Positions 21,428 through 32,734 of a DNA stretch of 64,000 bases are shown in pieces (within the stretch, counting starts at the first letter, position 1; each line of letters opens with the position of its first letter). The stretch spans positions 32,001 to 96,000 of the forward strand of contig CAWEHK010000039.1 of assembly GCA_963808625.1 (NCBI GenBank). The letters are read 5' to 3'. The stretch is from an uncultured delta proteobacterium. Its GTDB lineage: Bacteria; Desulfobacterota; Syntrophobacteria; Syntrophobacterales; Syntrophobacteraceae. The position numbers and the translations under genes are program-made. The notes under the pieces are model-generated. The model did not search any database. It was not told the origin of the DNA and was given only the letters and a program-made list of their open reading frames with translations.

Positions 21428-21891
21428 CGAATACCTCCTTTTGCATCAACAACTCCTCAATTTAAATCGGACTCCAATTTAAGTTAAACCTTCAACCTCT
21501 TATCTGAAGCACTCGAAACAGGGTGTAGGCCTCTATGGCTCACATGAGGCCGTGGCAAATGCAGGCAATGGAGGCACCAAAATCCGGGACCAGACTGACT
21601 TTATCGGAGAGCGCATATCAGCAGGGAAGAGCGGGTCTGCACCAAGGCCTGTCATCTACAACCCGGAAGACTTTCCGTCAAGTTATTTCACACGTGAAAA
21701 AGCCGATCCGGCTGTTTTTTTGTGATTTGCGTTCTTTTAGATCCGGCTCAAACAGTTGACATCGCGCTGCCAGCTAGGATATTCTGCGTTGTGGTTCGGG
21801 GCAGGTTTAGAGCAGTAGTGAAAGGTCCTGACGGTAATTTAGGCTGTCCTTTTGTTAGTGGGTGCTCGATCGAATAAAAAAAGGTCTGCAG

Positions 21892-22455
21892 ATGGCAGTT
21901 AAGAACAGCAGCAAGCAGGATAGTCTCCGGACCTCTCTTCAATCCTACAGGAAAGAAATCAGGTTCCTTTTCCTCTTTGTCATCCTCTTGGCATTCTTCA
22001 ATTTTATGTATTTCCTTTGCGGGGGGACTTCGGTGGAGGATTTTGTTCTCTCCACTCTCACAGCTAAACCTGTCTATTTCGCGATCAAGTTCCTGACCCC
22101 ATCCGAAGAGGTGGTGCTGAACGGTGCCCTCCTCACCTCACCGCACGTGAATTTTAAAATCGTGAGAGGATGCGATGGAATGGAAGGAATGCTGCTGATG
22201 ATATCAGCAATGTGTGCATTCAGTCTCGCCTGGAGCGATAAACTCAAGGGTATTCTTTATGGCGTGGTTTTCATCTATGTCTTTAATCTGTTGCGCATAA
22301 TCGGCCTTTATTATCTGGCGAGGTACTATACCTCAGCTTTCGATTTTGCTCACCTTTTTGTGGGGCAAAGTATTACCGTCATTCTCGTTTCGGTTTTTTT
22401 TATCTTATGGATCTCTAAGAGCCTGAAAAAGAATGAAGAGAAATCTGCTGGTTAA
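21892..22455 (+). CDS. Exosortase/archaeosortase family transpeptidase (exosortase H-like)
   Basis: Triad Cys (RGCDG), Arg (NLLRI) and His (DFAH) in a multi-TM protein; IPTL-CTERM substrate nearby. Confidence 0.8.
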   Translation: MAVKNSSKQDSLRTSLQSYRKEIRFLFLFVILLAFFNFMYFLCGGTSVEDFVLSTLTAKPVYFAIKFLTPSEEVVLNGALLTSPHVNFKIVRGCDGMEGMLLMISAMCAFSLAWSDKLKGILYGVVFIYVFNLLRIIGLYYLARYYTSAFDFAHLFVGQSITVILVSVFFILWISKSLKKNEEKSAG

Positions 22456-23167
22456 GACCATCATTATTTTCTTGTCCTCGTACGTCATTCTCCTGCTTTT
22501 GTTCTCCCAGTTTGGGGCCTATTATTTTCAACTTTTTGAAGGGATTTTTCGCTGGGAGATCAACTTCTTTTTCCCCCAATTCGAGGTCTCTTCACTGCAG
22601 ATGGAAACATACGAGGGCCAGCAGATGGTTTCGCTCGCCGTCAAACTTACCGAAAACATCATCACGGATGATGGAACGGTGCTGCATACCATCGGCCGTC
22701 CCTACACATCCAAGACCATTTCCATAAATCAATACCTGCACCCGATCCTCATCTTCTCCATTCTTGCCGCCTGGCCGGCGATTACTTTGAAAGAACGGTT
22801 CATGGCGCTGTTACTCGTGCTGCCTTTCCTGCTCATCGTCGAGATGGTCGACGTCCCGGTGTTATTGGCAACCCGGACTGACGAGATGGTGCGAGCGAAT
22901 CTTCTCAAAGACCCCAACGCCGGCTACGGTCTCGCTTCCTACTGGGTCGCTTTCCTGCATACCGGGGGGCGGGCCGCCCTGTCCATCTTGGCTGCCGGGC
23001 TGGGCTTGAGTTGCCTCTACCTGGGCCGGTTCTGGCGTAACCGGATGGCCGAAACCGGCCACGTCCGCGCCGCAACGCCCAAACCGGCGCCGAGCAAGGT
23101 CGGTCGCAATGCCCCGTGTCCGTGCGGCAGTGGGAAGAAATACAAGAACTGCTGCGGGGAAAATTGA
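22433..23167 (+). CDS. Exosortase-associated membrane protein with C-terminal SEC-C zinc motif
   Basis: TM helices plus KVGRNAPCPCGSGKKYKNCC; overlaps the exosortase gene. Confidence 0.75.
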   Translation: MKRNLLVKTIIIFLSSYVILLLLFSQFGAYYFQLFEGIFRWEINFFFPQFEVSSLQMETYEGQQMVSLAVKLTENIITDDGTVLHTIGRPYTSKTISINQYLHPILIFSILAAWPAITLKERFMALLLVLPFLLIVEMVDVPVLLATRTDEMVRANLLKDPNAGYGLASYWVAFLHTGGRAALSILAAGLGLSCLYLGRFWRNRMAETGHVRAATPKPAPSKVGRNAPCPCGSGKKYKNCCGEN

Positions 23168-23297
23168 GGCTGTGGGAAGGAGCGCCGGCAGTCAATGAGG
23201 AGAGGGTGAGGTCTCACCTCCTTCATGCCGGAGAGCTCTGTCCAATGAGGAGATGTGTACGCCAAGGGTGCCTATTAGTCAACCCACTTCCCTTGTA

Positions 23298-23340
23298 CGC
23301 ATTCCCGGTGCGTCCCCAACAACCACGCACCGGGAATGCG
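23298..23340. terminator. 16-bp perfect hairpin between convergent genes
   Basis: CGCATTCCCGGTGCGT-11nt-ACGCACCGGGAATGCG. Confidence 0.6.
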
Positions 23341-23357
23341 ACCCGCCGGAAACCGAT

Positions 23358-26300
23358 CTACCGTATGGACCCGGCATTGATGACATCTATGAAAGGCATG
23401 ACATTAGGGTCGTGCTCGTAAGCTCCCAGGTCGACCACTGCCCCCTCTCCATCACCGTCCATCAGCCTCGGGTTTGAGTGAAGGTCCCAGGCGGCAAGGC
23501 CCGTGTTGTCCCCTTTATCGATGCACGGAGAGGTCGGACCGAGGGCTAGAAGGCCTCGAGCCGCATCGACAAATTGGGGATCAGCGTCGATATTGCCCGG
23601 TCCTGGGTACCCACCTTCGAGGTCCGAGTAGGTTGCAGTGATTGTGCCGCCAAAGTTGTCCAGTTCGCTTGCCATGCCACCCACCGTATCACCCCAGAGA
23701 ATCGAGTTGGTGATGGTGAGGCTGCTTCCCGCAGCATTGACGATGGCGCCGCCTGAATCCGTGGTCACTATTGCCCGAGAAGGTGCAGTTCCTGATTGTC
23801 ACGGTGGCGCCATCGTTGTACATGGCTCCTCCGTGGATGGCACTGTTGCCGAAGAAAGCACAGTTCTCGAAGGCCACCGTTGCACCAAGGTTGTAGACGG
23901 CCCCTCCCAGGTCTCCGTTGCTATTCAGGAACTGGTTGTTGGAAAAGGTGATACTTCCCTGGGTATTCAAGGCGCTGCCACCAAGGTTGTTATGGCAACG
24001 GGTCAGGACAAACCCATCGATGATGGCGCTTGCGCTCACCTGCAGACAGGCTGTTGCCCCTTGCCCATCAAAGGTTGTAGGATAAACATACCAATTGCGC
24101 TGGTTGCGCTCGCTTTCGTCCCCGGCAAACCCGCCGTAGATGGCCACGGCCTTGTTCACCTGAACCGGGGCCGTCAGAGTGAGCGTGGAAGCCTCCACCC
24201 AGATCTCATCGCCATCCTCTGCCGCGTCAATCGCTTCCTGCAAGCCCTTGAACGCAGCTGCCCAACTCTTGCCGTCTCCGGGAGAAGCGGTGTTCTCGTC
24301 GACGTACCAGGTGACCTTCGGTCCGGTGTCGTTGCCGATGTCAGTGGTCGTCTGATCACTGCTGATCATGACCGTCTCCGATTTCGGGCTATTCCACCCG
24401 GCGACACTCTTGGAAGCCCCGGCGTGCGATCCAGCGGCGAGACCGGATACGGTCGCCCCGCTGTTCTCCGAGGAGCCGCCGTCCACTTGCGCTTGAGCCC
24501 CGGCGGATACGGCGCTGGCGGAGGCGGTGGCGCCCGTAAGAGAGCCAGTTTTGGATACAGAGCAGGTACGCGTGCAAAGGGCATATCCTTTGCTAACGAC
24601 ACTAGCGATGCTGGTGGAGCTATACTGGGGATCGATGTACACGGCGTACGTTCCTGCCGCGTAGCGAACGTTTCCCGTCGCGGACCAGAAACGTATTGGC
24701 AGGGAGGAAACATTGAAGACTTCCGAACTTAGAGACGGACTGTAGGTTGTATAATCAATGATCGTCTGCAACTCCGAAGCGCTGGGCAAACGCCAATCGG
24801 TGTAACCGTCCAGCGACAAGTTTTCACAATATGACTTGGCATCAGCCCAGGTGCGAAGGACGGAATCGTCTTTCCTTTGCCACATATTGTTGCGGTAAGT
24901 ATCCGTGACCGTATTGGAAGAGGACACGGTCAGATGTTCAACAGGATCAAAGGACCAGAACGGTCCGCCGCGTACGCACCGGGTGAAGTAAACCGAAGTT
25001 TTAGAATACGTAAAGACGGTACCGTCGTAAAAGCCAACCAGCCAGCCTCGGCGCGTCGGGTCCATAGCCATGTTACTGCCCGACCAGAATTCCATACCCT
25101 TTAAAGCAGCGAAGGCCGGGTCAATCGTCGGGTAACGACTGTAATCCACAATGGTTGCAAGCTCATCGATCCTCGGCAAGCGCCAATCGGAATAGCCACC
25201 CAGGACGAGATTTTGGCAATAAGTAGTCGCATTGGCCATGGACCGTGTCGTAGCATCCTCCGCCTTTTGCCAGATGAGTTGTGTGGTGTTGTCGGTAACC
25301 GTTCCATCGCCATTGTCAATATAACGAGAATCCGTCTGCTGCACATAGGTGCCGCTCTCACTGGTGGTGACGCCACTGCTGATCGTGACGGTCTTGGCTG
25401 CCGGCGCAGTCCACCCGGAAATAGTCTTGAAGGTCAGGGTGTGTGGTCCTGCGGTAAGACCGGATACGGTCGCCCCGCTGTTCTGCCAGGAACCGCCGTC
25501 CACTTGCCAATTGGCCCCGGCCGTCACCGCGCCGGCGGGGGTGATGGTCACCGTGAGGGCACCACCGTTCTGCTGCACATAGGTGCCGCTCTCACTGGTG
25601 GTGACGCCACTGCTGATCGTGACGGTCTTGGCTGCCGGCGTAGTCCACCCTGAAATAGTCTTGAAGGTCAGGGTGTGCGATCCCGCGGTAAGACCGGATA
25701 CGGTCGCCCCGCTGTTCTGCCAGGAGCCGCCGTCCACTTGCCAATGAGCCCCGGCCGTCACCGCGGCGGCGGGGGTGATGGTCACCGTGAGGGAACCCGT
25801 CTGCTGCACATAGGTGCCGCTCTCACTGGTGGTGACGCCACTGCTGATCGTGACGGTCTTGGCTGCCGGCGCAGTCCACCCGGAGATAGTCTTGAAGGTC
25901 AGGGTGTGTGATCCCGCGGTAAGACCGGATACGGTCGCCCCGCTGCTCTGCCAGGAGCCGCCGTCCACTTGCCATTAGCCCCGGCCGTCACCGCGCGGCG
26001 GGGGTGATGGTCACCGTGAGGGAACCCGTCTGCTGCACATAAGTGCCGCTGTCACTGGTGGTGACGCCACTGCTGATCGTGACGGTCTTGGCGGCCGGCG
26101 TAGTCCACCCGGAGATAGTCTTGAAGGCCAGGGTGTGTGGTCCCGCGGTAAGACCGGATACGGTCGCCCCGCTGCTCTGCCAGGAGCCGCCGTCCACTTG
26201 CCAATTAGCCCCGGCTGTCACTGCAGCGGTGGGGGTGATGGTCACCGTGAGGGAACCCGTCTGCTGCACATAGGTGCCGCTCTCACTGGTGGTGACGCCA

Positions 26301-27606
26301 CTGCTGATCGTGACGGTCTCGGCGGCGGGCGTAGTCCACCCGGAAATAGTCTTGAAGGTCAGGGTGTGTGGTCCCGCGGTAAGACCGGATACGGTCGCCC
26401 CGCTGTTCTGCCAGGAGCCGCCGTCCACTTGCCAATGAGCCCCGGCCGTCACTGCAGCGGCGGGGGTGATGGTCACCGTGAGGGAACCCGTCTGGGGCGT
26501 TCCCGTGAAATCCTGTCCGGAGACTCCGCTGCCATTTATAATGATGGTTCGTGATTGCGGGCTGAAGGTATAGCTAGCTTTACTCGGGGTGACCGTGTAA
26601 GTCCCGTTGGCGGTCCCGGTGAACGTGTAGTTGCCGTTGGCATCGGTCGTCGCAGTACTCGTAGCGGTACCCGTCAACGCCAGGGTTGCTCCCGCCAGGG
26701 CAGCCCCGCTGCTGGTCTTGACCGTGCCCGAGATGGAATAGCTCGCTGGAGGAGATGTGCTCCTGAACGAACGCAAAGGACATATCCTTTACTGGCGACA
26801 CTAGCGATGCTGGTGGAGCTATACTGGGGATCGATATACATGGCATACGTTCCTGCCGCGTAGCGAACATTTCCCGTCGCGGACCAGAAACGTATTGGCA
26901 GGGAGGTAACATTGAAAACTTCCGTGCTTAGAGACGGACTGTAGGTTGCATAATCAATGATCGTCTGCAACTCCGAAGCGCTGGGCAATCGCCAATCGGT
27001 GTAACCGTCCAGCGACAAGTTTTCACAATATGACTTGGCATCTGCCCAGGTGCGAAGGACGGAATCGTCTTTCCTTTGCCACATATTGTTGCGGTAAGTA
27101 TCCGTGACCGTATTGGAAGAGGACACCGTCAGATGTTCAACAGGATCAAAGGACCAGAACGGTCCGCCGCGTACGCACCGGGTGTAATAAACCGAAGTTT
27201 TAGAATATGTGAAGACGGTGCCGTCGTAAAAGCCAACCAGCCAGCCTCGGCGCGTCGGGTCCATAGCCATGTTACTGCTTGACCAGAATTCCATACCCTT
27301 TAAAGCAGCGAAGGCCGGGTCAATCGTTGGGTAACGACTGTAATCCACAATGGTCGCAAGCTCATCGATTCTCGGCAAGCGCCAATCAGAATAGCCACCC
27401 AGGACGAGATTTTGGCAATAAGCAGTCGCATTGGCCATGGACCGTGTCGTACCATCCTCCGCCTTTTGCCAGATGAGTTTTGTGGTGTTGTCGGTAACCG
27501 TCCCATTCCCATTATCAACATAAACCGCAAAAACAGGCATTGTGCCGGCTACTAGAACGCAGAACACAACCAGAAAACCCAAGCCGATGCGCCTCGAAAG
27601 CTTCAT
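23358..27606 (-). CDS. Large secreted repeat protein (about 1400 aa): signal peptide, two copies of a DUF1566/Lcl pair, carboxypeptidase-regulatory-like domain, 77-aa Ig/PEGA-like repeats, beta-helix and choice-of-anchor-Q-like end; split by indels into four ORFs
   Basis: DNGxGTVTD...LIWQK...WRLPRIDEL motifs; repeated GSLTVTITP...WQVDGGSW; SPCIDKG...VDLGAYE. Confidence 0.8.
25336..26491 (-). repeat. Five tandem 231-bp intragenic repeats (degenerate sixth copy near 24330-24550)
   Basis: Anchor gggaacccgt at 26482, 26251, 26020 and 25791 (spacing 231, 231, 229). Confidence 0.9.
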
Positions 27607-27774
27607 GATGCTCACTCCTTTCTGTCCCGGTGCCGATTACCAACAAATTTGAGATCAAAGCAAGAAAAAAACGCAAATCAGAGCTATTGCGCCTCAACTT
27701 TCGAGCAGCAAATCCTAATCCAAGCCTACGCTTCATCCTGTTTTTGCATGCTTATATTTATTTTTTTCTTAAAA

Positions 27775-27790
27775 AGCAATATCCTTGCCA
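27775..27790 (-). promoter_or_regulatory. Sigma-54 (-24/-12) promoter
   Basis: Minus strand TGGCAAGGATATTGCT has exact GG-N10-GC spacing, about 170 nt upstream of the DUF1566 gene. Confidence 0.7.
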
Positions 27791-28261
27791 ATGTGGTTAA
27801 GTTCGTCATCACCCTTGACTGGTTTGGTCATGGAGCGCGTTCCCGCGGCGAGAGCCCGTACGCAGGAATCATGCGCTTGAAGGTACGGCTGCGTAGCGAG
27901 GCAACCCTCCTGTAGCCTTCGAAATTCGTTTCGGTCACAATTTTTCGAGTTGGTCCGGCCGTGTGATATGGAGCATTCGACCTTGTCGTTTTGGGACTTG
28001 GGGATGCAGGCGGAAGAAACCCATTAGAGGGAAGAAAAGTCTTGGAAGGTGCAAAAGACCCTTTAGTCTGCCGAAGCTTGTCAATTCCCGCACAAAAAAC
28101 CGTCACTGCTGCAGCCCTTCATTCGATGACAAGAGAGGGTGGGAATGGGTCAATGCAACTGATGACAAAGTTTGGCAAAAGACATTGACAATTTGCGTCA
28201 AACCGTTTCTGCGCGGTAAAGAGACCGGAGATTGAGCAGATGATCACTCTCCGGTCCCCCG

Positions 28262-28290
28262 CAAACAAAAGGGGCGCCGAGCGCCCCTTC
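28262..28290 (-). terminator. Rho-independent terminator of the IPTL-CTERM gene
   Basis: Minus strand AAGGGGCGC-TCG-GCGCCCCTT followed by TTGTTTG. Confidence 0.75.
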
Positions 28291-28325
28291 TTAGACACTT
28301 ATTCTTACTTCTTGGTGCATTAGAC

Positions 28326-29620
28326 TTAGCTAACTCTCCTCTTTCTCAGCAGCCATACTGCGGAAGCTGCCAGCAGCAGAGACAAGATGATGGCGCTCCA
28401 CTCGTTCAGGCTGGGAACCGTACCTCCTTTTCGAAGGGTCACGTCGGCCTGACACACGTCAGGTGGAAAGTTAGCAGCGGCAGCAGCCTTTGCGAGATAG
28501 CTATTTGTCAGGGTCCCAGGAGCGTCCATTTTCAGATGCACTTTGAAGGTGAACACCAAGGTTTCGTTAATCCCCAATTGGCTGACACTGGTCCAACTGA
28601 TGATTCCCGTCGAATTGGGCGCAGGATCTGGACCGAGATTGAAGCCCGCCGGGCTCACAACATTGACAGGGCCAAGGAAACTCATTCCAGGAGGCAGGAT
28701 ATCCTGAATAGTCACCTGCGTGGGGGCGGCAGGAATGGTAGGGCTGGAGGCATTGGTGACGGACAACTGCGCATACAAGTCTCCCTCCCAGCTCGAACCC
28801 TGGGGAAGGGTCAAATGCTCCATCATGGCTGCGGTCGTGAAACCCAACTTCTTCGGGCTTACACAATGGATATTGGGCTCATCGGGGAATTCAAGCACGG
28901 CCGTCACTTCCCTCAAGGCTGTATCCAGGGCGTCAGCATTAGTCATCCTGATCTTCTATCCCACAGAGATTGTTAATGTTTGCCGTACCCTGGAATTGTG
29001 CTTTAAGAATTTCTATATCACGCGCAGGAGTGTTCCCCGCCTGGGGAAACGAGTATGTGGAGCTGCCGCCACCGGGGCTGTGAAGTGTCACAGTCCAGGT
29101 CGTGTCCTGATCATTGTACACGCTTCCAAGCTTCAGGCTGTAGAACTTATCCCAGGTGCAGGTGGTGCAATAGCCCACGGTATTTGGTTGTGGAAGGCCG
29201 CAACCCGAATCAGTTGTCGTGCCGTTCCAGATAATCCTTCCCCATCCGTTAGAACCGGTATCGTTGCTGACAACCCATGCCCTTAGGAGCGGATCGGTAT
29301 TGCCATCGATGAAAGCCTTTCCAACTGCGGAGGCCGAGGTAACGATTGTGAGCTCCAAAACGCGGGCGGCTCCCAAGGACATTAGTCTGTAGCCAAAACT
29401 GGCGGGGGCTGAGAGACCTGCTGCTGAATATGCAGGGGTGGGATGGGTTGGTCATTGAACAGTGGCGGGTTGGCGCCATTGCCAAAGCGTATGGTACCAT
29501 GTCATCGATTGTGACACAGAACGAGAAACCAGCCGCCTGGTTCGGCGCCAGCAGGCAGATCATCGCCACGCTCACAATCAACATCCCCAAAGTTAACAAT
29601 AAACTTCTCTTCCTTTTCAT
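28326..29620 (-). CDS. Secreted IPTL-CTERM protein with a DUF11-like domain (frameshifts near 29400 and 28945)
   Basis: Signal peptide MKRKRSLLLTLG...; TIQDILPPGMSF; C-terminus VPSLNEWSAIILSLLLAASAVWLLRKRR. Confidence 0.8.
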
Positions 29621-29964
29621 GACTTCTCTCCTCCTCTTTGTTCTAAAAGAAATGCTAACGCTTGGTGAAAACCCCCATGAATACGCCAAATCTCTGGACC
29701 TCTTCACGCCCTTTCTCAATCCTCCATGCTTTGAGGAAAACTGAGTCAGAAAGCATACAGACCGAGACCTTCCGTGGAATACTAACCTTTCTGCACATGT
29801 TTCACCATCTGCTTAAGATATCCTATAAAGGCTAACAGATGCCTTTGTCAAGAAAAAAAAGACAAATGGACTCTTCGCTCCCGCCGGAAACAGTCCTGCA
29901 GGAGTCTGAGCATCATGGGCAGTCGCTTCTTTATCGCTGGAAAAGCATTGGAAAATCAACCAAT

Positions 29965-30013
29965 GATGGTTGATGGTTGATAGTTGATGGTTGATGGTTT
30001 ACGGTTGATGGTT
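29965..30013 (+). repeat. 7-nt tandem array (GATGGTT) x7
   Basis: gatggtt gatggtt gatagtt gatggtt gatggtt tacggtt gatggtt, about 30 nt past the ilvA stop. Confidence 0.9.
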
Positions 30014-30041
30014 AAGGGGGCAATCCTTCTTGTGGGGCCTA

Positions 30042-31241
30042 TCAGTGGAGCTCGTAGCCCTCCCGTTGCAGTTCCGCGATGACCTCTTCAACATGAGCGG
30101 GACCGCGTGTTTCCAGTTCGACTTCGACGCGACTGAGGTAGACGGGCAGGTTTTTGCCGCTGCGTTGATGGGTGATGTGGAGGACATTGGCCTTGAGCCG
30201 GGCGGTGATGGATAACAACCGGGCCAGGGCATCGGGGATATCTTCCAGGCAGACGGAAAAGCGCATAATGCGGCCATTGCGAAAAAGCCCCTGGCGAATG
30301 ACCCGCTCGAGCAGGGGGCTGTCCACATTGCCGCCGCTGATGACAAGGATCACTTTGCTTCCCTTCGGGATTTCGGTCGACCGGGCCAGAAGGGCCGCAA
30401 GGGGGACCGCTCCGGCCCCTTCGGAAAGCACTTTTTTCCGCTCGATAAGGGTGAGGATGGCGGCGGCAATCTGGTCCTCGTCAACCAGTACTACCCCATC
30501 CACCTTTTCCCGAATAATCGCAAAAGGAAGGTCTCCTATCTGTTTTACGGCGATGCCGTCAGCAATGGAGCGCTGGCTTTCGACGCGGCATACCTTGCCT
30601 TCCTTGAGGGCCTGATACGCGGATGGACATGCGGCCGCCTGCACCCCGATGACTCTGACCCGCGGGTCCAACGCCTTGACGCCGCTCGCAATCCCGCTGA
30701 TGAGGCCGCCCCCGCCGATGGGCACCATGATCAGGTCGGGAGCGGCGCAATCCTGAAAAATCTCGAGGGCGATCGTGCCCTGGCCGGCAATGATGTCCGG
30801 ATCGTCATAAGGGTGAATGAAAACCTTTCCTTCTTGAGCGAGCAACTTCGCTTTCTGGATGCACTCCCCGATATTTTGTCCCACCAGCAGCACTTCACCG
30901 CCGTAGTTGCGGGTCGCTTCCTGTTTGGAGAGGGATGCCGACTCAGGCATGACAATGGTCGCCCTGAGACCCGCCCGTTTTGCCGCCAGGGCCACCCCCT
31001 GGGCATGATTACCGGCCGATGCCGCTACCACCCCTTCCGGACCGATCGTTCCCCGCAGGTTTTGGATCTTGTAAGAAGCCCCGCGCACCTTAAAGGAGCC
31101 GGTTTCCTGAAGGTTTTCGAGCTTGAGATAGACCTCCGCGCCACTCAGGTGACTGAAGGTGGGAGAATACACCAGCGGCGTGCGGATTACTCTGCCGCGA
31201 AGAAACTCCTCAGCCTTTTGAATGGTGGTGAGAGGGATCAT
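30042..31241 (-). CDS. ilvA: Threonine ammonia-lyase with a single C-terminal ACT domain
   Basis: YLKLENLQETGSFKVRG, ASAGNHAQG, PIGGGGLISG, SGGN. Confidence 0.92.
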   Translation of the reverse strand: MIPLTTIQKAEEFLRGRVIRTPLVYSPTFSHLSGAEVYLKLENLQETGSFKVRGASYKIQNLRGTIGPEGVVAASAGNHAQGVALAAKRAGLRATIVMPESASLSKQEATRNYGGEVLLVGQNIGECIQKAKLLAQEGKVFIHPYDDPDIIAGQGTIALEIFQDCAAPDLIMVPIGGGGLISGIASGVKALDPRVRVIGVQAAACPSAYQALKEGKVCRVESQRSIADGIAVKQIGDLPFAIIREKVDGVVLVDEDQIAAAILTLIERKKVLSEGAGAVPLAALLARSTEIPKGSKVILVISGGNVDSPLLERVIRQGLFRNGRIMRFSVCLEDIPDALARLLSITARLKANVLHITHQRSGKNLPVYLSRVEVELETRGPAHVEEVIAELQREGYELH

Positions 31242-31248
31242 GACGAAC

Positions 31249-32679
31249 TCATTCCGCGAACGACATCCCGGCCCGGCCGGTACCATATTGGCCGAGCTCG
31301 CACTCCCAGGGCAGCTCGAGCGCTCGGTGCATCTCGCTATCCAGGGGACTGCCATATCTCAAGGAGAGAATAATCTTGTTGGCCCTTTCCTCCACTTCGG
31401 GAAGGGCTTCGACGAGCACTTTCAGGTACTTGAGCACCCTTTTCATCTGGTGTTTGTAAGGTACCGGCAGGGCGGGGTTTTCCAGGAACTGCAGGATTTC
31501 CTCCAGGACGAAGAGATTGTTGGAGGTACAGTAGACATAGGCGAGGCTGATCCATTTATCGCAGAGGTCCCGTGGCAGGTGATTGACGTTCCTGGCAAGG
31601 TCGAGGTTGAGACCCACCCGCAGGGCTACCGCGAGACGGCCCAGAAGACTGTTGATTTCCTCCTCGTCCTCGTCCCAGGCGCGGAGTACGGTAAGCAGTT
31701 TCTTCCATTTAGGCTGGATCATGTTCTTGAGCCACTGTTCCCCCTGCGTCGGAAGGAGCGGCAGGACCGCCAGTTCCTCCTGTTCGGCCAGGAGGCTCGT
31801 GCTCAATTTAATCCATTCGGGATTGCCCTTGAGGGCAGGCAAGCGCAGGATGATCAATTCTTTGAGCCGCTCCAGGATGGGGCCTTTCCATTCCAGGTCC
31901 GGGAAAGCTTTGCGGAGTTGAACCTCCCACTCCCCTCGCAGGATTCCGATCTCAGCGTTGATGGCAGAGAAAATGAAACCGAACTTGATGAGGGTGTTCC
32001 GCAGTTCATGGGCCAGAATCTCGCAGCTCTGTAAACGCTGTTGGGCAAATTCCTGTTGGGACCGGGAAAGGGTTTCCCGCAAATGAAGGGAGAGAAGTTC
32101 CGTGCCGAGGCTTCGGGAAAGCTCCTTGATAATCCTGGTGGAACGGTCTTCGCGATGCAGGCTGTGCGGCAGAAAATGAATCTTTACCACCGCCGCAACG
32201 ATATAGTCCGAATCCTGCCAGATGGGCCGGCCCTGCCAGTCCATCGGATATTCCATGGTTGCCAGACAGTTGCCGTAGAGATCAGTCTTCCTCACCAGCA
32301 CGGGTTCCATATGGTAGACGTCTTCCAGTTCGCCCCGCAACTGCTTGCGCACACTGCGTTTATCTTCCGCCGGGTTATCGGCGGTCCAACTTTGCTGCTT
32401 TTGCACGCACCATCCCATCGCCTCCAAAGGGCGATCAGGGTGATCCCGGTATTCGTCCCAGCTCTTTCCCGGATAGTTGTAGTCAGAAATCGAAGGCAGT
32501 CCCCATTCGATGTCGTCTCCGTCCTCCCTGCGGACCCCGGAGGTGACCCTTACCGCCTGGAGCTTCGGCATGGACCCGATGCGATAGATCGTACCTTTGG
32601 TCGCCACGTCGAGGCACGAGAGAATGGTTTTGATCATGTTCTTGCAGGCGTTTTCAAGGAGCTCATCGATGAGGTTCAT
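31249..32679 (-). CDS. Hypothetical protein with a HisKA-like H-box
   Basis: 476-aa ORF; EILAHELRNTL; no HATPase motifs seen. Confidence 0.7.
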   Translation of the reverse strand: MNLIDELLENACKNMIKTILSCLDVATKGTIYRIGSMPKLQAVRVTSGVRREDGDDIEWGLPSISDYNYPGKSWDEYRDHPDRPLEAMGWCVQKQQSWTADNPAEDKRSVRKQLRGELEDVYHMEPVLVRKTDLYGNCLATMEYPMDWQGRPIWQDSDYIVAAVVKIHFLPHSLHREDRSTRIIKELSRSLGTELLSLHLRETLSRSQQEFAQQRLQSCEILAHELRNTLIKFGFIFSAINAEIGILRGEWEVQLRKAFPDLEWKGPILERLKELIILRLPALKGNPEWIKLSTSLLAEQEELAVLPLLPTQGEQWLKNMIQPKWKKLLTVLRAWDEDEEEINSLLGRLAVALRVGLNLDLARNVNHLPRDLCDKWISLAYVYCTSNNLFVLEEILQFLENPALPVPYKHQMKRVLKYLKVLVEALPEVEERANKIILSLRYGSPLDSEMHRALELPWECELGQYGTGRAGMSFAE

Positions 32680-32734
32680 GCCATTCTCCTGAAGGATGCG
32701 CCGGACACAAAGAAACGGACCATGAGCTAACCGT

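Noticed and set aside
24570..27520. DGR template/variable repeat pair in the duplicated DUF1566 domains, with an Avd-like gene in the window
   Set aside because: In the segment compared by eye, differences include T/C and G/C and are not adenine-specific. Both copies are coding, and no reverse transcriptase is present in the window.
28185..28225. Cyclic di-GMP-I riboswitch on the minus strand (GAAA...GACGCAAA)
   Set aside because: Lacks the GGCAAAC/P2 pairing and the P3 stem. An Infernal/Rfam scan would be needed to support it.
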